Positions 26,776 to 39,094 of a DNA stretch of 64,000 bases are shown piece by piece. The DNA is from Chara braunii. Its lineage: Eukaryota > Plantae > Charophyceae. The stretch lies in contig BFEA01000038.1 of the NCBI GenBank assembly GCA_003427395.1, forward strand, positions 41,270-105,269, read 5' to 3'. Both the position numbers and the translations under genes were made by a program. A model generated the notes under the pieces. That model was not told where the DNA came from and ran no database searches. It was given only the letters and a program-made list of their open reading frames with translations. Positions within the stretch are counted from its first letter, which is position 1, and each line of letters starts with the position of its first letter.

Positions 26776-27110
26776 CTAGCCACCACCCTATTGTCTTAGA
26801 CCAGTCGACCTTCACTTCTGAGGCCAGTCTGAAAGCTTCCATCGCTCTAACTAGTGCTCAAAAGGAGGAATTAGAGCTCTTCTGGGCACAGTGAGATCAT
26901 TAAAAACATGATAATAGTAGGGCAGGTGAGATGGTGATGTTGTCAAATACGCTCAATAGAATGAGGAGATGGGGACAGACCTTCATTTTTCCTGGGGGGA
27001 GAGTCCTGACTTTGAACTCCCCAATCTTTGCTATGATTTGGTATATGGCCTCAATCTGGACCATCCCGACAACACAATCTCTCAGTTGAACAAAAGGTCT
27101 GAGCAGAAGG
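26776..27110. mobile_element. Short LINE ORF2 relic made of two oppositely oriented pieces
   Basis: Minus strand: VRAMEAFRLASEVKVDWSKTIGWWL. Plus strand: LNRMRRWGQTF..GRVLTLNSPIFAMIWYMASIWT. Both match the LINE ORF2 at 6918-7300. Confidence 0.8.
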
Positions 27111-27469
27111 CAGAAGGATGATCGCGACATTGTCGCGCGCCATTTTTACTCGAGAGCTGCAAAAGTTTGTCCGAATCAGCTATTCTTTCGAGACAGGTAC
27201 ATACAGCGGGAGCATTTTTTATTCTCGACTTGCAGTGTCCCTTGAGTCCATCCTGACTCAGCCGGCCGTTGTCTTTTTCCTTCCCACTGCTATATGTATG
27301 CCCACTCTATAAGCTTTCCCGCTCTTCTACAACCATCCGATTGACGCAGTTTCTACGTGCGCTGATCCGCATTACTGCCGATCCGCTTCTTCTCCTCTCA
27401 CTTGCACATTGTTTTCCACCCCTTTGCTTCTGCCAAGCAGTCCCTCGCGCGCTCGACTCTTTGCATGGT

Positions 27470-27610
27470 TACCGTCCGGACGTTCAGATCCCATTCCGGC
27501 CCGTCCGTGTCTGGGTGTCCGGGCGGACGTCCGGTCCGGTAGGTCCGGATCCCATTCCGGCCCGTCTGCGTCTGGGTGTCTAGGCGGACGTCCAGTCCGG
27601 TAGGTCCGAA
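27470..27610. repeat. GC-rich ~61-bp tandem repeat (about 2.3 copies)
   Basis: GATCCCATTCCGGCCCGTC(C/T)G..TCTGGGTGTC..GGCGGACGTCC.GTCCGGTAGGTCCG occurs twice. Confidence 0.85.
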
Positions 27611-27719
27611 TATTTTTTTTTTGTTCGTTCATGGCCCACCCCCCAAAAAATTGTTTTCAGATTTTTTTACTATATTTCGGCCCTTTCAGAAAGCCAAAGA
27701 AGGCCAGGCTGAGATATTC

Positions 27720-27789
<70 letters not shown>

Positions 27790-28160
27790 CTCTTTTTGTC
27801 CACGAGTCTCTACAGGGCATCGAAACATGAACTCAAAAAAAGAAACTAACTGAATGCAAAAAGAAAGAGAAGGTAGAACTCCTAGCCGGAGTGGCTTTAC
27901 ATTTGGACTAGAGAGCAACCAATAAAAAAAATAAAAAAATAAAAAAAAATGGTGAGAGGTCTGATCCAACGTCTCAGCTGATCGGACCCCATACGAGATC
28001 CCCTCGAGCCCAATCTGATCAGTTTCATGACCGTACAACAAATTCAGACAACAAGTGACAACATGCATCAATGGAAAATCGAGTGGTGTATAAGGTGTGA
28101 GCCAAGCCACAGACTGTGCGGTAAAAGTACACAAAACATCTCAGCCTATATCCCCTCGGC

Positions 28161-29081
28161 TGCAACCAGACTTGCCTCAATTTCACTCGCAACATGCATA
28201 CATGTAAGTGCCGATGGCAACACAACTTCCTCAACTCAGAATCAGCAGCAAACTTGCGATGGTGCAAAGCGCCCACCCAGAAAACTCAGAAATATGGCCG
28301 AAGGCCAGGAACTCAGCTTAAGTCACGCTGGTCTGAATTCCCCCTTGCACACTGTCTTCACCATCAAAGACACACTCACTCACACATGTATGCACTAGGA
28401 TCCACCCTGAATGTCCACGCCCCTACACACACACACACTGCACTCTAGCTGTTGACCTCAGCAACCTGGCGGCTATTGCCGCCGTCGTCGTCCTCCTCTC
28501 TCTCGCGGCTATGGCCGCTGTCTTCTTCCACTAGCCCACTTCATCGCCGGGCTCCTGCAGACCTCCAATGCATAAGTCACATAAGCAGCACTTCCGCATG
28601 GCTCACAGGCGAATGAATGAATGGCTTGGCACTGCTCTTTATTTATATTGTTTCGTCGGTGGTCTAGCCTGCCTTCAGTCCCAGGTCCAATGTGTGTGTA
28701 GCCCCACCTGGTACTTGCTGACTAGACAAGGTGGACTGGAACTCTAGACTAAGACTGCTGACTAAGCTAGAATTAGACTCTACCTTGCTGACTCAGCTAC
28801 GGAGACCGACTCCTACAGCTCCAAAAAGCCAAGTAGCTAGAAACTCCTAGGCTACGACTGGCTGACCCTTAGCTATACGTAGGGCTAGACTACAAGACTG
28901 ACCCTTAGGACTGCTGACCCGTAGGTCGACGATTCAAGTCCATACAACCCTACTACCGACACTAACCACAGATACACGTTTTGAGGGACAGGTCGTGGGT
29001 TCAAGGCGAACACGGTCAATGGGTAAATGTACAGGGGTTCGGGGTAGGTCTATGTCGTGCGAACTAAGTGAAACCGTTTCA
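28161..29081 (-). mobile_element. Solo LTR related to the 16183 and 41376 LTRs
   Basis: Plus-strand termini TGCAACCAGAC...GAAACCGTTTCA as in 16183-17130. No adjacent PBS or PPT. Flanks CGGC / CAGC fit a 4-bp TSD with one mismatch. Confidence 0.8.
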
Positions 29082-29094
29082 CAGCAGTGAGTGT

Positions 29095-30073
29095 TCTAAC
29101 CAAAGAATAGAACTCTGCATCCCAGACAGAAAGAGAATGATCTAACATATTTTGGTCTAAGGGGCCCTTCTTGCTTCGACCCGGTCCCACTGGGTACACT
29201 AAGGGTCCCACGTAGGCTGTGACCGAGTCCCAACCAAGAGGAGTCCCACACGGACCTACTTTCTGCCTCTACCGAACTAAAAAACGTGTTTCAACTTCAT
29301 GGAGAACCTACTATCTAAAGCCGTTCAGAGATAAAAAGACAAAGTACTGTAGAAAGATATGGCACTCAAAGCAAGATACTTCATCTCTCTATCCATCAGG
29401 TGATAAAGCAGTTTGCATATTCAAACACACAATCAAGACCACAAAGGAGTAGGAAAAGAAACCCGAGTTACCCCAGCAGGACAATCAATAACAAGCACAC
29501 ACACACATGGGCATCCCGTAGGTGCACGACACTTACCTAAGTGGCCTGAGCTTCGAGATGAAGTAGAACTCGCCCCATCTCATATGGTCCTCCTGACCCC
29601 TTTCACGCTACCCCTACACTAGTGTCCTATCTACTAGGAGGGTCTGACTCCAACACCAAAGTGCAACGCCGGATTCCCCCCCGGTGCTGAAGATCAAAGT
29701 AGCAACTTGCAGTCCGTAGATACAGAATGGCTACCTCCCTATAGCTCGCCTACTTGAGGAAGGCCCTAAAGTCGCCAAGGGCCTCCCTTAGGTCAGATTC
29801 CAGGTCCGAGTGCCTCACACTTTCGCCTCTCCCAAAATGTCGCATGAAGTCTTCTCGAAGTGTCTCGCCACCCCAAACTTACTCTCAAGCAACCTGGTCA
29901 GGTCCAGTGTCAACCCAACACGACCTAACCAGGCGGGGACAGGTTCCTTTAACCACGCTGCCCCACTTCGCTCAACTTCCAGCCCTGACCCTAAGTGGTA
30001 GCCCTCCCACTTAGGTTAGGGTTGGAGCAGCAAAGTCAACTCTCTCCAGCAAGTAGAATCCGCTTTGATACCA
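29095..30073 (-). mobile_element. Leader fragment of another LTR element with a Met-type PBS
   Basis: GCTTTGATACCA at 30062-30073 followed by A-TGTTAC; no full LTR recognised. Confidence 0.4.
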
Positions 30074-30173
30074 ATGTTACGATCCTGGCCATTTTCGAAG
30101 TACAAATTCACGAGAAAGCACAATGCAGTCCAATTGCAAAAAGAAATGAATGAAATGAGAGGAGAGAGAGGGG

Positions 30174-30263
30174 AAGAAGAAGAAGAAGAAGAAGAAGAAG
30201 AAGGAGAAGAAGGAGAAGAAGAAGAAGAAGAAGAAGAAGAAGAAGAAGAAGAAGAAGAAGAAG

Positions 30264-30295
<32 letters not shown>

Positions 30296-30489
30296 AGGAA
30301 GAAGAAAGAAGAAGAAGAAAGAAGAAGAAAGAAGAAGAAGAAGGAAGAAGAAGGAAGAAGAAGGAAGAAGAAGAAGAAAGAAGGAAGAAGAAAGAAGAAG
30401 AAAGAAGAAGAAGAAAGAAGAAGAAAGAAGAAGAAAGAAGAAGAAGAAAGAAGAAGAAAGAAGAAGAAGAAAGAAAGAAGAAGAAGAAG
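30174..30489. repeat. (GAA)n and degenerate purine microsatellite
   Basis: Direct reading. Confidence 0.97.
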
Positions 30490-32799
30490 TACCAGCAAAG
30501 ACCAATGATAATTGCCCTTCTTCACGCCACCCAAACTCCTCGTCCTTTTCTCGTCCCCTCTTATTCAAACAATGAATTATAATAACACTGATGAATGGCT
30601 GGACCAGAATCAATGTCCGAATCCCTTTTCTACTGCAGGCACAGCATCCTCTTCGTGAAGGCCATGGCTATGGCGGATTACTAGGGCCTTGCCCTGACGT
30701 ACAAAAGACAACTCAAATCAGCCATGGCTGCTCCTGCTCAGACCGCCATGCCTGACTCTGCCTCGAAGTTCTTGATGTAGCTCTACCCCAATGGGGCCTT
30801 CCAGATGCTGCGCCCACTATAGCCAGGTAAGTACCTCTGGCGCTCCCCCTTCCGAGTCCTCTTCTTCCTCCTCCTCCTACCCGAGCTCCTCCACCATAGC
30901 CAAGGTGGGGAGCTGGGTGTTCCTCTTCCCCAGAGCGCTGCTCGAACCAGCGCCGCTCCTGCCAGCGCTCCAGCAGCGTGTCGCCAAACGCACGCAGCAA
31001 ATGAGGAGGAGCACTTCGCTCCTCCTGGAGATATAGCGGCCTACTTGCCTCTTGGGTGGTGATTTGGAGGCCGCACGGCCTCCAAGCAACCGGTACCTCC
31101 TCCTTTTCGGAGGAAAACATCATTGCAGGCTCTGATATTGCCCGTACAGGCCCTAGACTCAGACTACTTGGACTGGTACCCACCTAGACCTAGCCTACAA
31201 CTACTGGGCCTCTAAAAATGTGTCTCTTCTTCTGCTCGGCCTCGAGTACCCAGCACATCTACCACTACTCGGTGTGGTACCGGCCTACCTGCTACTCGAG
31301 TGTTTTTCACCTGCTCTAAGTGTCGCGGGCCTACTCCCGCCACTTGAGTGTATTCCCCGCTGCAACCCTCAAAGTCACGGCCACAGGTAAGTACCGGCCC
31401 TTCGGGCCTCCCGAACGAACAAGTACCGTTGCGGGTCACACACGCACTCAAGCCGACAAGCACTCAGACAGGCACGCAGACCAGCAAGCACGCACACACG
31501 CAGACTTAGAAAACTCAGCAATAAGCGGGAAACTCAGGAAGGCATACATTCCATTGGCAAAACTCAGAAATCAGCTGTGTGTCTCAGTCCGTGTTTGGCA
31601 GGTCCTTACACAGCAGCCAAACTACCTCTAGCAGGGTAACTCTAGGCCTACCAGTATCCAAATGATGACAGACTGCAATACTCCCTGGTACTGAACTTAC
31701 CAACCCTGATATCAGCTCAGAATCGGTTCAGTGCCATCATCTAATCGTACAGGACTTAAAATCTACACAAATTGCTGGAAACCCTATCGGAGCCCTGTAC
31801 AATTCCAACATGCCCCTGTCCGTCCTACTTTTGGCCATCTTTCTATCTGCCTGATTTCTGCCGTGCCGCTGTACTTTCCCTGACTCACAGACATATAAGT
31901 TGCAAGACACCGCATGGTCACACGTTAGTATATTGGAACACCCATAGACCCGTAACTCCAAAGAAAGACAAATATTCATATCACAGGCACGCCAAAACAT
32001 AGCAGACAGGGAGATCACAGCAGTAACTCAGCAAAAGGATGGTGATTCCTCAGAAAACACACCGTTCTCAGACTGTGAAGTGCAATGGCCATTGCACACA
32101 TCTTCTTCACACACCACAGTCATATGTCACAGCTAAGCAATCCTATGTCTGACCCTAGAGCCAAATTTTCTCTGAACCAATAATGCAGCCAAATGACTTT
32201 CTCATATTTGCATTAAAGGACAAGCAAATTCAAAAGCTCATCCAAACTACGTTTCCCTTGTCAGAGGGGCTCCCGACGAGGTATGCAACATGTGTTTCAC
32301 CTTTTGATCGTTGTACTCTTTTATTCTTTAGTCTCCCCACGCGGATCCATTCTCCTTTCTCCGCCCATGCTTTATTTTTTTTGTGAACTTAGCTATATTC
32401 TTCTCTCAATATACCTCCCACTACCTACCTAACTAGGAATGATACACACCTTGATCTACCCTCCAGCGGGCCAGCGGCAAGCTACGCTAAGGGTTATGGG
32501 TTGAGCCTATCCCCTCAGGGTTGAGTGGCATTCCCCACCAACCAACCAGGAAGGACAAGCGGACTATCTCAGCTGGTGAACGCGCAGCGCAGCTCAGCAA
32601 CAACAGCAATTCCACCCTAATTCCCACTCTTACTACTGCCTCTCCTTATTTCCGAGTCAGTTCTCTCCATGCTCGACCCCAGATCCTTCCCCCACTCGAG
32701 TACACTTGAACCGTCCTCCACGCTCGCCCTCGTAAGTGCCACTGACAACTTGTGCACTCTCCACACCTGCCGCATTGAAGTAAATGGGCTTCTCAGCAT

Positions 32800-33110
32800 G
32801 AAAAGTCAAGAGCCTGCTCTTCCTTTTTTCCCTTCTGCCCTTTCTGACTTTCTCTTTCCGCGCTCGCCCTCCTGAGTGTACTGCCAGCTTTCGAGGTCGG
32901 ATAGCATCTGTGTACAAAACAAATGAGGTTCCACAGCAACAAGCTCCTCGGCTTGATCCATTGCCAATGGCATCAGCACATGAATATAGAAGAGAGAGCC
33001 TGGCTCGCATGCTTGAACCAGGGATATAGCAAGGTTCTTTCCGTTTTCCCAATGTATACACACGGCATGAAGGATCACTCAGTAAATAGGCAGAGCAGAG
33101 GAAGCGGGAA
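32800..33110 (-). pseudogene. Frameshifted GIY-YIG endonuclease relic, probably from a Penelope-like retroelement
   Basis: Manual translation across frames gives SAYLLSDPSC / VYIGKTERTLLYPWFKH / VLMPLAMDQAEELVAVEPHLF, then a basic tract (ARKEKVRKGRREKRK). This fits the Y..C..YIG.T.R.L....H..E pattern. Confidence 0.55.
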
Positions 33111-34370
33111 TCCCACACTTCCTCTTTCCTACAAGTTAAAGAACAGCGAGTTCAAAAATCTTGCTGCCCAATGAACTACACCCTCTGAATAAGTAGCTGC
33201 ATAGCTATCCTCAAAACACGGAGGCAAAAAGGTAGAAGAGGAATGCACAGGTGTTTATCTGTCTGCACAACACAACACAGTTTCTTTCCCTGCATACAGT
33301 GCATCAAGTACTATCAACTGACTCTGACTAATCCTGAAAACCTATTGTACAGCTAATTTCAACACCCTAGTCCTACCATCGTCCACAAGGCGCCGGCACA
33401 AAGCCATGCGATCACCTAGCATACTCCATACTTCATTGGTTGCCAGTGGGAGGACTCACCATCTGTGTTTCCTTCCTCATTTCCCTAATCTATCAAATTA
33501 GTCGCAGCTCTAGATGGCAATTCTTGGGGCAAGTTATAAAAATAACATAGCTTGAAGTTCAATCAACTCATCAATAGCTTTAGATTTCCCACGATACACC
33601 ATGCCAGCACTTGTACACATCTGGTGAATGAGTGGGAAAATGCTATTACTTCAGGGACCTCCTAATCTCCTTCTTGTGCTGGGCTTCACCGGAGAACGAC
33701 TCCCCTGCAGGCACTCCCACCGAGAGATCTAATCACCTGAGCAGGAAGCCAATCCCTTCTTTCGGTGGTCTTTCCCTCCCTCTTCTCGCTTGTTCAGCTG
33801 GTGCTGCTGAACAGCCTCAATCATCTTTCCATTTTGCTTGCGTGTTACTGAGGATCTCTCCATCTTTTTTTTGGGGGGGGGGGGATGGGGCAGTCACGTT
33901 TTCAGTTCTAAATCCACTTNNNNNNNNNNNNNNNNNNNNNNNNNNNNNNNNNNNNNNNNNNNNNNNNNNNNNNNNNNNNNNNNNNNNNNNNNNNNNNNNN
34001 NNNNNNNNNNNNNNNNNNNNNNNNNNNNNNNNNNNNNNNNNNNNNNNNNNNNNNNNNNNNNNNNNNNNNNNNNNNNNNNNNNNNNNNNNNNNNNNNNNNN
34101 NNNNNNNNNNNNNNNNNNNNNNNNNNNNNNNNNNNNNNNNNNNNNNNNNNNNNNNNNNNNNNNNNNNNNNNNNNNNNNNNNNNNNNNNNNNNNNNNNNNN
34201 NNNNNNNNNNNNNNNNNNNNNNNNNNNNNNNNNNNNNNNNNNNNNNNNNNNNNNNNNNNNNNNNNNNNNNNNNNNNNNNNNNNNNNNNNNNNNNNNNNNN
34301 NNNNNNNNNNNNNNNNNNNNNNNNNNNNNNNNNNNNNNNNNNNNNNNNNNNNNNNNNNNNNNNNNNNNNN

Positions 34371-34436
<66 letters not shown>

Positions 34437-35839
34437 CTCACTCTCTCTCTCTCTCTCTCCATGCACAAACGGGCATAGTTGCCAAACTGGCTGCGGTTAG
34501 AGCACCTTGGCAGGGATCTCCTCCCATCACCCCGCCATTCCCCCAGTTCATTCCCTTTTCCAGCTTCCTAGCCCCTTCTGCCTGGTTGCCTTCTTCCAGC
34601 TTCCCCCAGTTCTCTCTCTCTCTCTCCATGCACAAACGGGCATAGTTGCCAAACTGTCCTCTTCTATGTTCCAATTTCTCCCTGAACCGTTCCAGTCCCC
34701 ACCATTATTCCAATTGCCTCCTCCAGCCCAACTCGGGGGACTGCCCCTTCTGCCTCCTTCCCCGGTCTTCCAATTGCTCTTCCATCGACATCATTCAATC
34801 AATACTGTCCACATTCTCTGGCATTGTACCATATTGACGAAGCCTTCACGTTCGATGCTCAGCCAAGCTTTCGTAATGCCAATCCCAACCTTTGCAATGC
34901 TTAACACATCGAGCAGCCAAAATCCACACTTGCTTTGCAACTGCAACCACACCTTTTACATCTGCTCCTGCTAGAGAGCCACCACGGCCAAGTGGCCTTA
35001 CCCAAGTTGGTTGCTACTGCTGTACATCAGATAGAGATGAGAGCATTGGCAAGCATGTACAACCTTGATGACAACTCAAGTACTCAGGTCGTCAGCTCTT
35101 CGGACAGAGAAAAACAACACTCGGAGAAAACCCATATCATACCAAGGCAATTGCCAGCACACTTTGTTGCTCCTCCCACGCTGCACTGTATTCACCATCC
35201 GTGAAACGTTTCAATTGGTGCCAGCCACTGACCTCACCAGGGGAAGGAAGGACAGCTGAGATGCGAGCCCATGGTTCGCCTCGTCTATAAATGTGCTGTA
35301 ACTCAGCTGCCATTGTGAACATCCTGCTGCAGACAGCTGTTGGACGACTACGTTCCATGTTTGGACAACTTCCTTCCCATGTGTGAGGTGGGCCCACTGG
35401 TGGCACCTAGGCAGATCCCGCTTTCCTGCCTATGGGCTTAACCAACGCCCGAAGGGCACATAACAGAAACCAAAGAAACTCCAAACTATCTTAGACGTGC
35501 ACAACCTGGAGCCCTTCGACTGAAACCATTGTGGACCTGTCTGAGCATCCCCTCCCCCCCCAAAACACTTATGAAAATCGTCGACAGGTCAACAATCTTG
35601 TAGCCTTTAACTCAATCTCTTTTCAGAGGACCCAATGCTCAGAACTATGGACGCACTCCTATCCCAGAATGAAGTCGCTACATCGAGGCGGATGCCAAGA
35701 AAGAAAAATCCAAAATCTCATCCTTCCTGCACGGTGTACCCGCAGCTTTGCCAAGCATTTTGTACACATTTGGCACATAGTACATACCAATTAACATTAA
35801 ATGATCTCAGGGAATCAAGAGGAGGAAAACAAGAGGAGG

Positions 35840-36580
35840 AAAATGGCATGCACCGCAAAGCCCTTCGAGGCAGCCAGTATGTAGCCACCTTTGACTCTTC
35901 AACTGGACAACCAGGTAACCATCAAAGTCAGCTGCTGATTACTGAATATTCTCCTCGTGTCCACATTTGGAGGATAACAATAAACATTAAATGATCCCAG
36001 AGAATCGAGAAGAGGAAAATGCCTTGCACTGCACTCCAGGCAGTCAGCATGCAGCAGCCATTGAGCCATCCGCAGGACGACCATGTAGCCACTGAAGTCA
36101 GCTGCTGCTGACAACTGTACCATCTGAATGTTGAATGTTCTCTTATGTCAGTGTAGTATTAGGCCGAGTGAGCAGGCTACAGAGATTCTTACTAGGATGC
36201 ACTGCAAGGCCCTTCACCAGGCAGCAAGCAGAGTGGCATGCACTGCATTCCAGGCAGTCAGCATGCAGCAGCCATTGAGCCATCCGCAGGACGACCATGC
36301 AGCCACCGAAGTCAGCTGCTGCTGACAACTGTACCAGCAGTCATCTATTCTCTCATCTCAGTGTAGTATTAGGCCGAGTGGAGCATGCTCTGGAGATTCT
36401 TACTAGGATGCACTACAAAGCCCTTCACCAGGCAGCAAGCATGCAGCAGCCCTTGAGCGGTCCACAGATCGACCATGTCAAATGTGACCATCACATTCAG
36501 CTGCTGACAACTGGACCAGCAATCATCTGGATGTTCTCCTCATGTCGTTGCAGCATAGGCCAAGTGGAGGCATGCTCTGG
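35840..36580. repeat. Diverged ~210-bp tandem repeats downstream of the RBR gene
   Basis: GCATGCAGCAGCCATTGAGC..GACCATG..TCAGCTGCTG..ACAACTG and AGGCCGAGTG..GAGATTCTTACTAGGATGCAC recur 3-4 times. Confidence 0.8.
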
Positions 36581-36601
36581 AGCTTACTTCAAGCAAAAGT
36601 T

Positions 36602-39094
36602 TCATGAATGCTGTTTGCAACCCTTGGGTCCGAAATGCCCCTTTCCTTTCACTGCCTTGCGGCAGGCTGCACAGAAATACATCTGGCATGACCAGCACCT
36701 CAAGTGGTTGTTTGTGTCTACTTTGTAATTTCGTTGACCGCAGTTTGGACAATTCCGAACCTGCATGGGATCAATATGTGCCTCCCCTATAGCCCCCTGT
36801 TGCGCCCACAATGCATTCGCAATTGCTCTACCACGCCTGGCATCCCGATCCCAGGCTTCAAGTTCGGGGGAGTCAAACAGTACGCACCCTCTCTCGAAGT
36901 GCTCATATCCGTCAATCTTCTTTCCACACCGATAGCAGAAGTAGCTACCGCAGTTGGTGCAAGTCATCTTGTTGCAGCCCTCTTCCTTCACAATTGCCAT
37001 TTTGCATGCGGGACATTTCATGGTGTCCTCCAGATACTTGAGGTTCAACTGCTCATTGACCAATGCTTCATATCTCATTAGCTGCTCCTCCGTTGCCTGC
37101 TTGCCTTTTGTCCGAGCCTGAAGTATCGCCAACCTGATCTCCGGAGTTAAGCAGTCACTTCCGGCATGCCACGACCCCCTACAGAGACCACAGAAGCTGA
37201 AGAAGCACTTTTGGCACTGGGCCAGATGATCACTGGACTCCAGGCAAGCGACGTCACAACGAGGACAATAGACCAAATCCTCCATGGCATCTAGTGTTCT
37301 CCGAAGCAAAATATCCTCCCATCTCCTGAAATGCTTCTCGTCTAGCAACTCCTTGACGATGGGATAAGGCATTGGTTCCTTACAACCTGGGCAATGCAGC
37401 CTGGTGACAGTTCCCTCATTGACAAGCCCCGCAGTATACTGTCGCATGCATGCCCGACAATAGAAATGAGCACATGGGAGCCTCAGGAAAGCTGTGCCTG
37501 GCTGTTCTTCATAACAGATAGCGCACAGATGCATTCCTCTTCGAAATGCGTCAAGCTTGCGTTCCTCATTATACTTCAAAAGCTTCAAAACTTTTTGTTC
37601 TAAGGTGCCCCCCTCTGCATTCGCCCGTTCATCCTTCTCCAACTTGGGGACATCATCCTCATGTGGACGCAACACAATAGCGTTTGTCAAACCCAGAAAA
37701 GAAAGGCTTTCTCGCTCAATCCATGAGACCCACTGGTACACAGTAACCTCCCCAACTGTCGCATTCCATATCGCGTCCAATTCCTTGCAAAGATGTGAGA
37801 GTTGCACATCATCCAGCCAACTGCAAGCGAGAGTGAAGGAAGGAGCACTCCTTGAGGGATAAGATTCCGATAGCGTGCAGAATAGTCGCAATGGTGGTAG
37901 GTATTCCAATGGAAAACTTGGCCCATATGCCTTGGAAGAGGATGCTTCCGCTCTACAGGACCGTGTGCAACAACTGCCCGCTCCATTTCTCTCTTCCTCC
38001 TCAATTTGCCATGCCTTAGATGATGAAGATTCGACCATGCTACTACCTGAAGCATCAGCTGCCGGAATAATCAGCCTTTCAGTGCCTGTAATATTCCCGT
38101 CAATAGGAGTTGCGCGAGCTGGGACTTCATCCAATGCAGTTGAAGCCAATGGAGCGCTCTTTGACGACGAAGTCTCCTCGATGGAAAGTTCTTTCAGTGC
38201 AAAAGGGATCAGTGTGGGAGGGCCAAGGAATTCTGTCACAAGACGAAAGGCTTCAGGTACTGCCACATGGATCACCACCTCAAAACATTGTGCACCTCCA
38301 TCATTGTCTTTCCTCATCACTGAAAAATCTTCTCCATAGATGGACTCCAGTACTACGATCTCATCTGCCTGATGTTGCTTGTTCATTTCCCATTCCATGC
38401 TGATTAGCGTCTCCTTCCCCTTTTCCTCAGTAGCTCTTGTCCCACACAGCACAGTCAAAGGCCCTTTACGGTCGATCATCTCGCCCTTCTCACCCCACCG
38501 TTTTTGTGGACCAGCCACTCCGTTTCCTGCTGCCTCCTCTGGAACAGTTACAACTGCTGAGCCTGATGATTCCCGCTTCCACGTCGGTAGAGGACTCCCT
38601 GGAAGTCTTCCCCTTCCCTCCGACTGTGACGCACCCCTTGATTGGCCTGCTGTCAATCCCCTTGCTCCAGTAATTTCAAATGGACCAGACCTTTCAGCTG
38701 ATTGATCTCCTCGTCCGACCACTGCAAATCCACCCTCTCGCTCAGCAGACCCCGCCGACCCGGACAACGAACCTGTTCCTGCCACTTGTTCCGAGTGTCT
38801 CAACTCGTCCACTCCCAACGGTTCCGTGTGCCCGACTGGTCTCCCTGTTGATCCTGCAGGACCTGCTGGCTCGTCATTTCTCGACCTGCCTGTATTGTTT
38901 CCCTTGGGTAACCATACCGCACTCCCTTCACCAGGCCTCTCACTGCTCCTCCGGCTTCCCCGATGGTCAGCTGGATATCCCCACCGTAATCCATATGTCG
39001 CACCAAATCCATCCCCGATGTTGCTGGGAAGCTTACTGCTTTGAGAATCTTGACTCTCGCTGGAGCTCAGAACTCCCTCACCCACGCTCTGCAT
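36602..39094 (-). CDS. RBR-type E3 ubiquitin ligase of the RNF14/ARA54-like family (RWD-RING1-IBR-RING2 plus a C-terminal Cys cluster)
   Basis: Uninterrupted 844-codon ORF. RWD: QADEIVVLESIYGEDF, LPPLRL..YPS..P.F. RING1: CAIC..C.HFYCRAC..CPGC. IBR: CPRC..C..CQKC..CGLC..HAGSDC. RING2: CPAC..EGCNKMTCTNC..FCYRC. First ATG is at 39094; the true start or an upstream exon is uncertain. Confidence 0.95.
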   Translation of the reverse strand: MQSVGEGVLSSSESQDSQSSKLPSNIGDGFGATYGLRWGYPADHRGSRRSSERPGEGSAVWLPKGNNTGRSRNDEPAGPAGSTGRPVGHTEPLGVDELRHSEQVAGTGSLSGSAGSAEREGGFAVVGRGDQSAERSGPFEITGARGLTAGQSRGASQSEGRGRLPGSPLPTWKRESSGSAVVTVPEEAAGNGVAGPQKRWGEKGEMIDRKGPLTVLCGTRATEEKGKETLISMEWEMNKQHQADEIVVLESIYGEDFSVMRKDNDGGAQCFEVVIHVAVPEAFRLVTEFLGPPTLIPFALKELSIEETSSSKSAPLASTALDEVPARATPIDGNITGTERLIIPAADASGSSMVESSSSKAWQIEEEERNGAGSCCTRSCRAEASSSKAYGPSFPLEYLPPLRLFCTLSESYPSRSAPSFTLACSWLDDVQLSHLCKELDAIWNATVGEVTVYQWVSWIERESLSFLGLTNAIVLRPHEDDVPKLEKDERANAEGGTLEQKVLKLLKYNEERKLDAFRRGMHLCAICYEEQPGTAFLRLPCAHFYCRACMRQYTAGLVNEGTVTRLHCPGCKEPMPYPIVKELLDEKHFRRWEDILLRRTLDAMEDLVYCPRCDVACLESSDHLAQCQKCFFSFCGLCRGSWHAGSDCLTPEIRLAILQARTKGKQATEEQLMRYEALVNEQLNLKYLEDTMKCPACKMAIVKEEGCNKMTCTNCGSYFCYRCGKKIDGYEHFERGCVLFDSPELEAWDRDARRGRAIANALWAQQGAIGEAHIDPMQVRNCPNCGQRNYKVDTNNHLRCWSCQMYFCAACRKAVKGKGHFGPKGCKQHS

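Noticed and set aside
30016-30613. Glu/Arg/Lys-rich and Ser/Phe-rich ORFs
   Set aside because: Translations of the (GAA)n tract
33632-34645. ORFs spanning N runs (also at 55219-55989 and 58069-58555)
   Set aside because: Open only because of assembly gaps and microsatellites
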